A stretch of DNA of 64,000 nucleotides from Camelus ferus (lineage: Eukaryota): NCBI RefSeq assembly GCF_009834535.1, contig NC_045697.1:90212001-90276000 (forward strand). The letters are read 5' to 3'. Within the stretch, counting starts at the first letter, position 1; each line of letters opens with the position of its first letter. The notes beneath the pieces were generated by a model. The model searched no databases, had not been told where the DNA came from, and worked only from the letters and a program-made list of their open reading frames with translations. The position numbers and the translations under genes were made by a program. Below, piece by piece: positions 13,281-25,400 of this stretch.

Positions 13281-14026
13281 TGTGCAGTAAAGTACTAAAA
13301 ATCTTGCCCAAAGAGATTTCTGGCATTTGTCTTTGCCTTCTGAGAACTAATCTCTAAGCCTTTGGAATGTCATGTCTTTATTTGCTGAGGGCCTTAGACA
13401 TACCAGCCTGACAAATGTGGTCTACAGTGGGGGCTTTGAGTCATTTGGTATCAGCTCAGCCTCCAGAAGCGCTAGCCACTGAGGGCAGTTAGTCAGCCAT
13501 GTGGGCAGTTAACCGTGGAATTCCCCAAACAGACTCTGCATATCAAGGCTCAGGTGAGTTTCTCTGGTTAACAATATTCCAAACACACTGTTCCACAACT
13601 TTGCCAGGAGGAGTTAACACTGTCCATGACTGTAGACATGGAGACAGAACATCTGGAGACAGGACACCTGGAACCTCTACGGGTCTCTAGCCTTGCGAGC
13701 TACATCTATGGGAGCATGCCCATCTCTCTGGGCCTCTTGTCCCATCCTTAATACTCTGTCAAGACATCTGACATCCCTCCTGGACTCTACCCTATCCATT
13801 TCTTCCCTTAGTTGATTCCAATATGTCCTTTCCCTATAATAAACCTAACTATATATTAAAACTCTGCAATTATTTCCCTATAATAAAACCATAACTGTGA
13901 GTATAACAGCTTTCACTGAGCTCTATGAGCTTATCTAGAAAATTACTGAAACCCAAGGTGGCTTGGGGAACCCTAGAACTGGCAATGGGTGCCAAAAGTA
14001 AGGGTGATCTTGTAAACTGTGTTCTA
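13281..14026 (+). mobile_element. MER21/MER77-family solo LTR nested in the ERVL provirus
   Basis: tg start; atcttgcccaaagaga..tctggc, caaggctcaggtgagtttctctggtt, taactgtgagtataacagcttt. Flanked by attcc (13276-13280) and attct (14027-14031), a probable 5-bp TSD. Confidence 0.8.
13681..13774 (+). repeat. 94-bp dispersed direct repeat, copy 1 (copy 2 at 14652-14745)
   Basis: By-eye alignment gives 90/94 identity with no gaps. Confidence 0.95.
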
Positions 14027-14651
14027 ATTCTGCCCTCCCATTTCCCTGGTATACAATTATTTTGGCAAATGGTCATATTCCTTTGAGGAAAAATATGGGC
14101 ACAACTAATTATATTCTTACTGTGACATTGCAGGATATTTCTTTGAAGGGACATAGCATCCCCTTCAACCAAAAGGTTCTGGGTCTGAAAACTGGGTCAA
14201 AACTGAGGGACTATTTTCCCCATTATAGTAGTTAACAGTATTCCTATGCTAACCTTACAGTTTGTCTGTTTGTTTTATTATACAAGTCAAGCAATGCCCT
14301 TGATGGCTGTCCATGTATCACACTCCCAGGAACAGTATAGCATGATAGCCATTTCCACAGATACCTGAGGGTTAAGGTCCCCTAGTTGCCATCCTAGTCT
14401 TGAGGCTGGCTCATCATGGCATTAATGTCCACCTTGTTTCTAACAGTTAAGTGCCAACACCTGGCCTCTGCCATCCTCACTAACTTAGCTGAGTTCCATA
14501 GCAGCATCTCTTATCATCAATGCTGGTCTACAGAAGACAGCTCCACTGAGGGTCTGATGATGCTGGTATCCCATCCTGCCGCTACTAACACATTCCTTTT
14601 CACTTCAGTGAATGAAATAATCACGAACCCTCACAGAGAACAGTTACTGAT

Positions 14652-14745
14652 GGGTCTCTAGCCTTGCGAGCTACATCTATTGCAACATGCCCATCTCTCT
14701 GGACCTCTTGTCCCATCCTTAATACTCTGTCAAGACATCTGACAT
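14652..14745 (+). repeat. 94-bp dispersed direct repeat, copy 2 (probable donor, in ERVL internal sequence)
   Basis: gggtctctagccttgcgagctacatctat...caagacatctgacat. Confidence 0.95.
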
Positions 14746-15839
14746 TCCTAACTTGCTTACTATAAGTCATCATTGTTTACAAGCTTCATGGAGCCATTCC
14801 ACAAGAGAATGAAAACCAGTTCCAGGTGTCTATGCCGGGACATAAAATCCTGAGTTATGGAAGAGTTCCCTGGTATCAGTAAGCCCTCCTCTACTCAGCA
14901 CTACATTCTGTTGTTCTCGCTCTAGCACCTTCAAGATTCACGCCCTGTGTATGTTCTCCTAGTTCCTGCAGGTGCCTACTGGTGAGATTCAGCAGTTTTG
15001 GGTGAATGATCCCTTTCATCCCACAGCAGAGTAACTCTTCCCTCCTCAAGTCATGCTGAGACTTGACTCCTATTATTGATTTACTCAGTGAGCGGCCGTG
15101 GGAAGAGGAGTGGGCACTGCTTGTGAAGGACAATCACCATCTTGAAAAATATCTACCTTTCATCCTCTGTTAGTCATTTCTAGCCAGTGAGAGCCTATTA
15201 TTCTCTTATAATGTGAGAAAGATTGAGAGAGAGAACGTTCATCTGCCCCAGAGGCATGAGGAAAATCTAAGGTGTCGGTTTCTCAAGCCCAGTCATCTAA
15301 ATGTGCTAATTCCAGATCTCAGGGTTCTCTCTCTTCTCTGTCAGGGTCCCTTTCTCAAGCCTTTGCCAGGGCTATGAATTCAGCTTCCTCCGTTACTTCC
15401 CTATTCTTATAATCAAATCTTGGGCCTGCTTCTTACCACAGTCTGTTCTCTGGCTGTTGGAGATGTGGGGCTCTTTAAAAGCTATCACAGAGAACGAGCT
15501 TTTGCATTTCTGAAGACAATATTCAGTTGAATTGAGCCTGCTGCATTCTTCCTTCAGGACTTCTATGACCATTAACAATAGCCATCCAACTACACAGGTC
15601 TGAAAAATAATGCTCTATATATTCCAAGTACAGAGTAATTGCATGGGCAGTGCATCCTCTCTACACCTACACCTCATCTCCATCTACCACAGGTGACAGT
15701 GTTAATAACTGTGATACTACAGATCATCAAGAGTTCATGACAGCACCCTCACCCTCAGCAATGAAGCCTTTCCCTCAACTGGCAAGTGAGTGAGCTAACC
15801 CCAGGGTCCGCTTCCTAGTACCCCACTTTTGGTATAAAT

Positions 15840-15945
15840 TGTCTAAGGTTGGATTCTTCCAGAAGCTGACCCTGAAAGAGTTTGAATGCAAGTAATTTAC
15901 GTGGGAGGTGATCCTAGAAATGACAATTTGGGGAGTGCAAACTAA
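15840..15945 (-). mobile_element. Truncated 5' LTR (U5 end) of the ERVL provirus
   Basis: tgtctaaggttggattcttccagaagctgaccctga..gagtttgaatgcaagtaattta..tgggaggtgatcc is homologous to 11450-11500. Confidence 0.7.
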
Positions 15946-16844
15946 GAGAGCAATCTCTGAGTGATCAGTATCCATGCATCTAGGTGGTATGGGCCTGACT
16001 GTCTCTGATAACCCAACTCTGGCTTCAGGACTGAGAGTAGCATTGTACTACTATCCAAAAGACAGACTGCATGCAGGCTCAGGATACCAGCAAGGAAGGG
16101 GCACACAAAAATAATGTTCATCTTCATTAAACTTGTCCAGGAAAAAAAAAATTCAGAAAAAAATAATTTCACTTTCAGCAATAATGTACGTTTTGTGTTC
16201 TATGATTTACTATTGCTTTAATTTTTAAATAATGAGTATAGGAAGCATAAATCATTTTGGTGATTTTTCAGTGCTAAGATCTAAAATCATCTTAATCTGA
16301 GCCACCCTCTGATGACACACTCTGTCTACTCATTGAAGATAGCAGGTCAGATCCCGCCCTGCTGGGCTTCTGAACAATCTTCTCCTTCTTAACAATTTAA
16401 CACCAATTCTTCAGTCAAACTTCAAATAAGCTCACTCTGAACATCATGACTGGTTCCTCCCAGCATGTTCCTGAGTGCCCAAACCCAACCAGGCTCTGGT
16501 CCTATATGCATGCCCTCCTTCCAGGGACCCTCTCCCCTTCCCTGACCTCTCTCATCTCCCAAAACAGTAAATTCATTCCTGTCTCCCTTCTTCCTTTTAG
16601 TAAGGGAGATTTATTACCAAAAAGAGAGAGCGAGAGAAAATACACATATCTCCCAAAGAAAACTTCAGTCAAAAGAATTGTCACGTAAAATTTTACCCAT
16701 CTTACCCTTGCTCCCAATGTAGAAATCACTTCTAGGGGAAACTACACTTAATACTAATACTAATAATTTTAGTTAATTATGAAATCTATTGCTAAATAGG
16801 TATATTTGATCATAGAAAAATCTAAGAAATAAGTAAGTGACATG

Positions 16845-17035
16845 ATTTCTAAGTGCTTCCCATCTACCAGGCACTATACACTAAGTGCTTAACAGGGATT
16901 ATGTCATTTAATCCTGACCAAAACCACTGCTGTGGATACTACTTTTATCCTATTTTAGTGATGAAGAAACTGAGGCTTTAAGAGATTGGAATCTGGATCT
17001 GTCTAATGGGAATACATGCTCTTAACTGCTATGCT
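16845..17035 (-). mobile_element. MIR SINE
   Basis: accaggcact...tcatttaatcct...gatgaagaaactgaggctt core. Confidence 0.75.
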
Positions 17036-17413
17036 GAATTTCATAAATTAAATAGAGTGAAGAACGGAAGAAACAAGATAAGAGAAAATGAGGAGGAAAA
17101 AGCTGGAGTGGTTCTCTAGAGTGGTTCAAATCCACTCTGCTTTCCCCTTCAGAAAACTCTCTCATAGCTTCCAAAAGAAGAACCGCTATGTAATTCCCTC
17201 CTGTCACCTCGACCCCAAGTACTGCTTGTAACCCTAGGCCTAGATACAAGTGCATATACGGACAACATGTACACATTTCACACTCGTAACAAATTCCATC
17301 TGAGGAAGTAAAAATCAGATTGACTAGGAAACAGACCGGAAGCCATCACTGCCTTGTTCTAGCAGTTTCTCTGCTCCCTCTCCGTTTAGAGACAATGCAC
17401 CTTCAGGCCTTAC

Positions 17414-17498
17414 CTCTGAGCCCAAAGTCCCTGCCTCTCAGACTAAACATGCCGATTGCCAACCAAAACAAACATCTTTAGTGACAACCAAGTTCTGC
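17414..17498 (-). other. Weak candidate exon (81-85 nt)
   Basis: Minus-strand T-run..attatccag|gcag acceptor and gag|gtaagg donor. Splice motifs only. Confidence 0.25.
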
Positions 17499-18252
17499 CT
17501 GGATAATTTTCACTTAAAAAAAAAAAAAAAAACTACAAAGTATGCTCCATCCCCAAAGGAATTCTTTCCTACTCTGCTATTTCTTCATGCTGAGGAGAGA
17601 CTCTGATGATATGTGAGAATAGCTAGCTGTGTCCTGACTCAAGCATTTCACAGGAATATTTGCATGGCTAAATTTAGAAAAAAGAAAAATCTTAGAATTA
17701 GTATAAAAATCAAAAGTTAAAATCCTGCTTGAACTCACACTGATCAGTCTTTCAAAAAACTGCAAGAGCACAAGTATGCTGTTGCTCTCTAGCCACGTGG
17801 GTCTGAAATTACTAACAGATACATAATTCCAGGCTTGATCTCACATCTCGCCTGGCTCTGCTTTTAACTCTGTATTCCATGCTGAGGATTCAAGCTGCTT
17901 CCCCAGCTCATAACAAGCCCTTTTCAGAGACAGGTCTTCTGCCTTCCCGCTGCCTGTATTAACGAGGAACATAAGCCTCAAATCAAACTTCAAAAGAACG
18001 ATTTTCTTGGAACATTATCCTGTAATGGGCTTCAAGTACAGCCTTCCTTAGGGGTTTAGTATCTCTATAGAAAGTAGTTAATCTAGTGGGAGAAAAATCT
18101 AGAGTCCTAGAAAAAGGAGGCCAAAGAGCCTAAACTTGGGGTAGATTTGGTATTTCCCTCGTTCTGGGTGGTGGGGGAAGAGAGACTGGATCCTGATGAT
18201 GTTAATACACATATGGGTCTGATTCCAAAGGCAGAAGTTAAATCTCACTCAC

Positions 18253-18377
18253 CTTTGGAGAACGAAGCTAGCATCTTTAGACTGAGGTTCCCTGATGTAT
18301 GAGAATATGAGCCTGTTCAACATGATCCCACGAGGCTCATGCAACGTGAACTCCATGTAAATACTCCAAAACCGCAA
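18253..18377 (-). other. Candidate exon (125 nt)
   Basis: Minus-strand donor aag|gtgagt (consensus); acceptor tctcctttcctgagaattccaatcag. Unique sequence retaining several CpGs. Confidence 0.4.
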
Positions 18378-18967
18378 CTGATTGGAATTCTCAGGAAAGG
18401 AGATGTTCTAAGTCATTGAATTTTCTGGTCAAGTCAGAATTGAATAGAAAAATCCTTCCTATTTTAACCCTTAGGATCAAAAATGTTTATAAAGGCATTA
18501 GTCTATTTTCCTGATTTATTAAATACAGCATGGAGAATATAATTCAATCTCTATTTGATGATTCAGATCCTTATGGTCCCTAAGGTCATATTTTTGGGAA
18601 TCAGTAACTCTGGTGCTATAACTATGAAGTCAGAGGTTAAGAAACTGAGACAGAGCTGTACTGACACTAGGTTATTGTTACAAGACTTTAGTATAAAGTC
18701 ATCATTGACAGGCACTTATTGTCCTTCTGCCTATTTCTTATAAAATTACAGGGTTAAAAAATTCTGATTAATGGGTGATTCGATTATTTAAGAATTTGAA
18801 TGTTTTTACTAGCTTTGCATAGCTTTTCCTAGGGGGGGAAAAATTTTCATCTTGATCTAAGAAAGATCCCATTTCTAACTGGCTGCATGGTTCATAGGGA
18901 TATCATAAAATCTATTAAAAATGAAAGTGACACAATATAAATTAAACTGAAAGCAACCTAAACTTAC

Positions 18968-19043
18968 ACCTCCGGTACTAAGTTGCTTTTATCACTGTTA
19001 GGGCGGTTGTTTTTGCTGTTGTTTTGGTAAAACACGGCTGCTG
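18968..19043 (-). other. Candidate exon or 3' end of an alternative first exon
   Basis: Minus-strand donor ggt|gtaagt; possible tandem acceptor tag-cag-cag at 19046-19038. Confidence 0.35.
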
Positions 19044-20153
19044 CTATACAGTAGAAGTATCATTGAAATTCAAAAAGCATCACAAGTTATTTCTGCTTCA
19101 GTTCAAGAGGGAAAGACCTTTCAGTAATCTCAGGAGAAAGTTTTTTGTGCTCAAATCCTCATGAGCTGTGCAGCCCTGGAGTAATGAAAGATAAATCAGG
19201 CCAGTCACGCGCACGAAGACCAAGAATGAGCAGCAAAACTAACCACAGCAATGGAGACTTCAAGTGCCAGCAGGCGCAGAAAGGCCTTACGCCAGCAGTT
19301 TCTTATGCCCCTATTCTCCAAAGGTTGTGTTTTTCCTGGCAAGAGAGGATGAGGGGAGGTGCATTTCCTAACTTGTCAATGGCGTTATGCTCTCTGAGTA
19401 AGAAGAGCACTAGTGAAAACACAGGATCTGTCTCCTTTCCGTCAGCTCTCTATTTGCCAGCAAGGCAGTGTTTATGACTTCTTATGTTTGCCTAACAAAT
19501 ATGTTCACCATCAGCAATTCTAACTTGACCTATCCCTCCCTGATGGTTATCCAGAGTTCTGTGCCAAGCAGAAGGGCTAGGGGGAAAAGGGAGGGCACAG
19601 AAAATGGCAAGAGAAGGAGAAGAAGGAAAAAAGGGCACTAGGCAAAGAGAACCTGTCATGCACAATCAAACAATTGATTCTTGTCAACAAGACTAAACCT
19701 GTGTTCATTTCTCTGCCTTTCCTATTTTTAGTGTACTTGCCAAGTACAAGACCAAAAAGAAACTGTTTCCATTAGATTTTGCCCATATGCTATCCACAAA
19801 ATCTTTAAGTAATACCTGCCTTATTTGTCTGTAGATACAAACTTATGCAAGTAACATTCTTCCACTTAAGACTAAGATGAACAGTAAGTAAATTCCATTT
19901 TCTACCCAAGGCTCTAATCTGTTTCAATGTGGACCCACCAAGACCTAAACTTTCATTAGGTTAACAAAACAATCCTTCTGTCCAAAAGTTTAAAGTCTTT
20001 TTTGATTTCAAGATCTCATGTAAAAAGTCAACTACTTAGGACTTTATTGGCAGAAACCTGGAAAGACAGGGAACAAGAAGATGCAGCCAGGAGAATAATG
20101 TAGAGCTTCAGACATGCTGTCTATACTAGACATGTGTATACTTAAACATACTT

Positions 20154-20220
20154 AAACCCAAGGAGAAAATGCTTCTTAAAATATGCTACTTTGTGCTTTG
20201 TTTTTCTCACAAGTTTTAAC
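20154..20220 (+). repeat. 67-bp dispersed direct repeat, copy 1, bracketed by a 15-bp inverted repeat
   Basis: 66/67 identical to 21409-21475. tgtatacttaaacat (20135-20149) and atgtttaagtataca (20233-20247) are exact reverse complements. Confidence 0.95.
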
Positions 20221-20899
20221 CCCAAACATAACATGTTTAAGTATACAGTGATTCTTAAATCACTAAGATTTCCATTCCACTGATACTAATTTATTTCAGA
20301 TTGCTCCATAGTGCTGCTAGTGAAAGCCAGCAAACATATGCCAAGACAAGCCAAAGAGGGAAATTACCTCCCTTTACCCAAGTAGGCTGTCAAGCGGGTG
20401 GTAAATAGTCAGAATGAATAAACACTTAGTTGCTGATGCTTTAATTCCATGATTAGGAAAATATTCAATTAAACTGCCAGACACAAATTTGTAAAGTATT
20501 TGTTAAATACTGTCCTAAAATCAGTTTCAGATATCAATAGTCAGAGCCCTGAGTTCAGTGTGCCACTGTTTTTGATTCTTTTTAAATATTTGCTTGGCAA
20601 GAAAGGGTTAAATGAAGGGTCTTAAACAGGACAAGGTTTCTTAGGAATAAAGCTAGCTATCCTTCAATGACAGGTTTGACATATAAAGATGAGCACAAAA
20701 GCAGCATAATTGAAAAAAAGAAGGAAATCGATACTTTTTTAAGCTATTATAAACTTTACGTTTATAATTAAACTGTAAGTTTAAATTACATTTCAGGAAT
20801 AGCAGACCGACACTTTCGTCCTAACTGTGCGGAAGAAAAAAGCAGAATAGTTAAAGTTAAGTGAAGAGAAACTTTTAACTACTTTGAAGATAGTTTGAA

Positions 20900-21250
20900 G
20901 TAATGGACTAGATTTACTCACAATAACCTAGATATATCTTGAACAAATACTCCTAAGTGAAATTTTTAATATAAGAAACAGAATAAGATATCTAGAATAT
21001 CACTTATGTAAATGTAAAATACATGTGCACAAAGCAATAATAAGATTTAGTAAGTGTATATATCAAAATAAAAGGATACACGGTGAATGCATTCACAGAG
21101 CTATCTATGGTAGTGCGGGAGGCAAGAGTGGAGAATGAAGCTAAAGATATAAACTGTTAGAAAATAAATCCTGCATGGGTCAATGATGACCCTGTACAAT
21201 GAGCTAAGAAATATGATTATATCAACCTTATGTACCACAGTCCAAAAATT
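20900..21250 (+). mobile_element. Ancient L1 (L1ME/HAL1-type) 3' end
   Basis: Ends caatgatga...atgagctaag.aatatgatta..tcaacc...gtccaaaaa. Subfamily is uncertain. Confidence 0.55.
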
Positions 21251-21408
21251 ATAGTCATAATCAACAAAGTTTTATACATAAAAGTGACACAAAAATAAAA
21301 CCTCCAGGGATAAGATAGATAACGATCAGTTAGTTCAACACGAAATGTAATCATCAGGCCAATGAGTACTATGCTTGTGGTTCAATACTCTAAGAAATTT
21401 GTTGGGAG

Positions 21409-21475
21409 AAACCCAATGAGAAAATGCTTCTTAAAATATGCTACTTTGTGCTTTGTTTTTCTCACAAGTTTTAAC
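21409..21475 (+). repeat. 67-bp dispersed direct repeat, copy 2
   Basis: aaacccaatgagaaaatgcttcttaaaatatgctactttgtgctttgtttttctcacaagttttaac. Confidence 0.95.
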
Positions 21476-22036
21476 AACAAATGAGAGACTAAAACCAATT
21501 CTAGGCTTTGATCTTCTTTAGTGCAAGATCATTTTCAGATATATGTGGAAAGAAGGATACAGATTTGAAGTAGTATACACAAGAAAACTTGGTGATGAGT
21601 TGGCTATGAAGTAAAAGGTGAAGTCAAGGAAGGCAGACAGATTTCTAATTTAAGGAAATAGGTGCATAAAAATTGAGAAGAGAAACATCAGCGGAAGAGG
21701 GGGTAGAGAATATTAGATCTCTATATTCAGTGCATCAGTAATTTGAATATGGCCAGTTTTTATAGCCTCCTCTAAAGCATGCCTGTGGTTTAAGGTCAAA
21801 GGGAAAGTCAGGTAAAGCGTTTCTATAAGGACTCAAAGAGTTCTCTGACAACGTAGTTTAATCCAGGGACAAAAGGCATGATAATTTTTTAAATCCTCCC
21901 TGAATATTATTTCTCACAACTGAGGTTTTGATGAGCACAGAGCAGCAGAGAGTTTGATGCCATATTATTTAACCAGGTTCTTAAAAGCCAGTTACCCACA
22001 TTAGACAACCATCTAAGTACCAGTGGGCATGGCAGC

Positions 22037-22640
22037 TGTGGCATGTTTTATTTTCCAAGAATATATACATATGCCTACTACTCCACATTCTCTCTTAGAG
22101 TGTGATGTTTACACTTCTCCATGAAGAAGCAGGTTCTATGCTCCCTCACTTTGAACATGGTGGACCTTCAAACTGCTTCGAGCAATGGGCTGTGTTGAAA
22201 GGAACACTGACTTCCTAGGCTTGGTCATAAAAGATGAGACAGTCTCTACCCCTCTCTCTCTCTCTCTTCTAGGATATGTAACTTGGGAGTTCAGAGGCAA
22301 CATTTAAGAAGTCTGGCCAACCTGATGCTAGCATACTGGAAGTCACATGAAGAGAATACATAGACAGAGAGATGTCTGAGGAGACCTCACTAGTCCAGTC
22401 CCAAGCTGCTGGAGTCCTCAGTCCTCACAACCTGACATATGAGTGAAGGATTCAAGAGATCCTTGGCCCTAGGCACAATCTTACCATAATAGCATGAGAG
22501 ACCCAGGCCAAAACTGCCAAGCTCAGTGACTTCTGAATTCCTGAGCACAGAAGCCATCTGAGATTTAAAAAATCATTTATGTTGTTTTAAACCACAAAAG
22601 TTTGGGGTGATTTGTAATGTAGCAATAGGGCACTGATACA
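22037..22640 (+). mobile_element. MLT1G/H-type MaLR solo LTR
   Basis: tgtggca..ttattttccaa start and gtttggggtgatttgt..tgtagcaatag...tgataca end. Flanks gcagc and gcagt give a near-perfect 5-bp TSD. Confidence 0.85.
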
Positions 22641-22789
22641 GCAGTCTTTCACGGAAGTTTAAGAACTTAACCAGGATGTGGCCCTGAATGAATGAGTACC
22701 CTACCTACATGCAGAGAGAAAATCTGTGATTAAGCCTCAGAGCTGGATGATTAAGATTCTCGTTTACTTGTTTTTGTTGTTGTTATCTG

Positions 22790-23000
22790 CTAACATCCAC
22801 TTACTACTTCCTCTGTACCAGGCACTGTTACTCCCAACAACCCATTCAAACATTTACTATTTTATTGTGATTTTACATTTGAGGAAACTAAAGCACGGTT
22901 AAGAAACTGCCAAAGTTAAGAAAAGCATCCACTGAGGAAGCACCATCCAGTGGGAGGGTCTGATTCCAGACCCACGCTTCTAACCATCATGATCCACTGC
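22790..23000 (-). mobile_element. MIR SINE
   Basis: tgtaccaggcactgtt...tgaggaaactaaagcac.gttaag..actgcc. Confidence 0.7.
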
Positions 23001-23957
23001 TTTTGGCACTCTTCATGATTGAGTTCAATTATAAACTTTTGGGATGATGACAGAATTTAAGTGAAACTATACTACTACAAACTTAGCTAAATAAACCTGC
23101 TGAAAACTGTTACCCTAATAATGTTGCTTTGTGCTATATGTACCCAAGCAAGGCCATGTTCTAATCCTATAGACCAAAAATCTAGTTAGTGAGTGCAAAA
23201 TGTTAATATGTAATGAATCTAAATAGATTAATATATAAATCGTAACAATACCTTGACTCATAGCAAAAGGTTATTAAGGCCATTAAAAGGCGTATGTACA
23301 AACTGGGATCAGGAAACATATGACAGTTGTGCTAAATCTTATTCTAACACAAGGTAAGAAATACTGGCATTCAAGAAATGCTAATATTGACATAAACAAT
23401 GTTACTCTATCTAAAAGAAAATGGAGGAAAAATCAACAAAAAAATTTTTATTTTTGTCTCAATTCACAGCAGGCACTATATTTAAATCAACCACTTTAGA
23501 CTGGAAGCGCTGGCAGGAATTCAGCATAGCTCATTACGTCCCCTGAGACATCATTACAGTGTGTTTTCTTTTTAAAAAATAACACTTAAACACTTTCTCT
23601 CTTATAAACTGTTAAGAAGTATCACTATATGAGTATTTCATGATGAAGTAGGCAGTCTCAGCATGTGTGGCTAGGTGTGGGTGGGACTGGAGTGGGAAGT
23701 CCTCATCAAGACATACATCATCATGATCATTCAAGTCTTTCCCACAGGAACTTGCTCTATGGCAACAAGGTAGGTGCGATATTTTAACTCCCTCACTGTC
23801 ATACACAATTTGCCAGGAGTCCATAAAGCATTATTCTAGTTCACAAATTCTAAGAGACTTTTTTCTTCTATTTGGCATGATTCATTTTAAATATGATTTC
23901 TAAATGCAGTAAGAAATGCCCAAAGCATAATTTCCCTAAAGCTAAATTTTAACTTAC

Positions 23958-24061
23958 CTTTCCCTAAGGCTCATTAACATTGCATGCAACACTATGGATT
24001 TTAATCCTGGAATCATCTTTTAAAGATACAACAGTAGGATCAAATTCCTGGCTGTATAACC
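23958..24061 (-). other. Candidate exon (104 nt) of the minus-strand host transcript, apparently non-coding
   Basis: Acceptor tatttctctgttggtgttgcctag|gg and donor aag|gtaagt (perfect consensus). All three frames contain a stop. Confidence 0.55.
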
Positions 24062-24519
24062 CTAGGCAACACCAACAGAGAAATATAGACAAGATCATTC
24101 CCAGCAATGGTGGGATTTGAGGAAAACCAAGCAAGAAAAAAAAAAATTGGACAGAGATTGGCATAGTTCATGCCTACCACCTTGGAAAATGATAAAAATT
24201 GCAAACATAACAGGATTCTCAATAAAGACATGCCTGAAATGGCCTTTTGAAAAACCATGAATGACCTCTGCAGTGGTCATCCATACCTCCCAACCTGAAC
24301 TAACACTTCTGTGGGGAAAGCTTCCCAAATATATGCTTCCATGCTGCTCCTTTGCAGCCCTCCTTAAATTCCCCCAGCCCCAGTTCTACATCCTTCTTTC
24401 CTTCCTTGTCTCCACCTAACTGGAAGCTTTTGTCTCTAACTTATTTCCAGAGTTCCTCTTCTACATGTTTATATGGCCACCTGAAACTTATCTGGAAGTA
24501 TATACATCTACATATAAAT

Positions 24520-25030
24520 AAAATATGCCTGGGATAGAGTTGCACGCACTTCAAATTCAACATGTCTAAATCTCACTCATTCTCTTTCTCATTCTCTTTC
24601 CCCAAAATACAGCTCCGACTTTTCTATTACTATCAATGACATCACTCTTCTCGTCTCTCAAGCTAGAAAAGTGCAAGTGAACTTCTCTTTCCATTCCTAT
24701 AAGAAATAAAAATAAAATAAAACTTCTTTCATTAATTCTTCCTTCAAACTTCTTTTCCTTCTTCCTTTCCATTTTCACCCCCATCTCACTGGTTCATTTA
24801 TCTTCTCATGCCTGAACTATTTCAAGCACCTAAGCTGGATGCCCAACCATCAGCCTTTCCCTACCATAACTCTCTTGCACACACCATAAGAGACCTACCT
24901 TCCTAAATCACCTTATACATCTTGCCCCCACACCATATTCTAAAACTTTAAACAGGTCTTTGATGAAAGTTAAATTCTTTAACTGGGTATCTGAGTCTCT
25001 CTCTGCCTTCCACTTATCCTTTCATTTTAT
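24520..25030 (+). mobile_element. L2 fragment
   Basis: cttcaaattcaacatgtctaaa..tcactcat...tctcatgcctgaacta. Confidence 0.65.
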
Positions 25031-25039
25031 CACCATACC

Positions 25040-25400
25040 AAGTCTTGATGAGCGATGGGAAATGTTGGGGGAACAGAAACTGTCATGCACTACTGGTAGA
25101 AATGTAAAACTGTGCAACCACTTAGGAAAAAAGTGCTTAAAAATGTGAACATTCTCACACCATATGATCCAGGAATTCCATTCCTAATTATCTATCCAAA
25201 AGAAGTGAAATTTTAAGATAACATTCACAACAGCTTTTTTTGTAATGGACAAAAGTGGAAGCAATCCAAATGCCCATCAGAAGGTGAGCAGATAAATGAT
25301 GATGATCCATCCAATGAAATACTGCTTAGATATAAAAATAATAAATTATAGATAGAAATTACAAAAATTTCTGTAAAGTTCTACAAAATGCATGCTAATG
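25040..25400 (+). mobile_element. L1ME-type ORF2 3' fragment
   Basis: actggtagaaatgtaaa...catatgatccaggaattcca.tcct...tggaagcaatccaaatgcccatca. Confidence 0.7.

Larger units (their letters stand above)
11870..15839 (-). mobile_element. Decayed ERVL (ERV3-16A3-like) internal region with gag, pro, RT/RNaseH and dUTPase remnants
   Basis: dUTPase-like frame 12133-12345 (LKLQLLTGNFGLVM...TVLAGV..DYHEEIELLLHN...WNLGGSLWYLLVLP). RNaseH-like IRIYIDSWAVASGLA near 12790-12835. Protease-like GLLD near 13250. Degenerate Leu-type PBS (minus strand ttataccaaaagtgggg) next to the 5' LTR. Many stops and large deletions. Confidence 0.8.

Noticed and set aside
23748..23769. Plus-strand 22-nt microexon (tttcccacag|...aag|gtaggt)
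   Set aside because: It is an isolated motif pair on the strand opposite all other candidates, with no partner exons seen.
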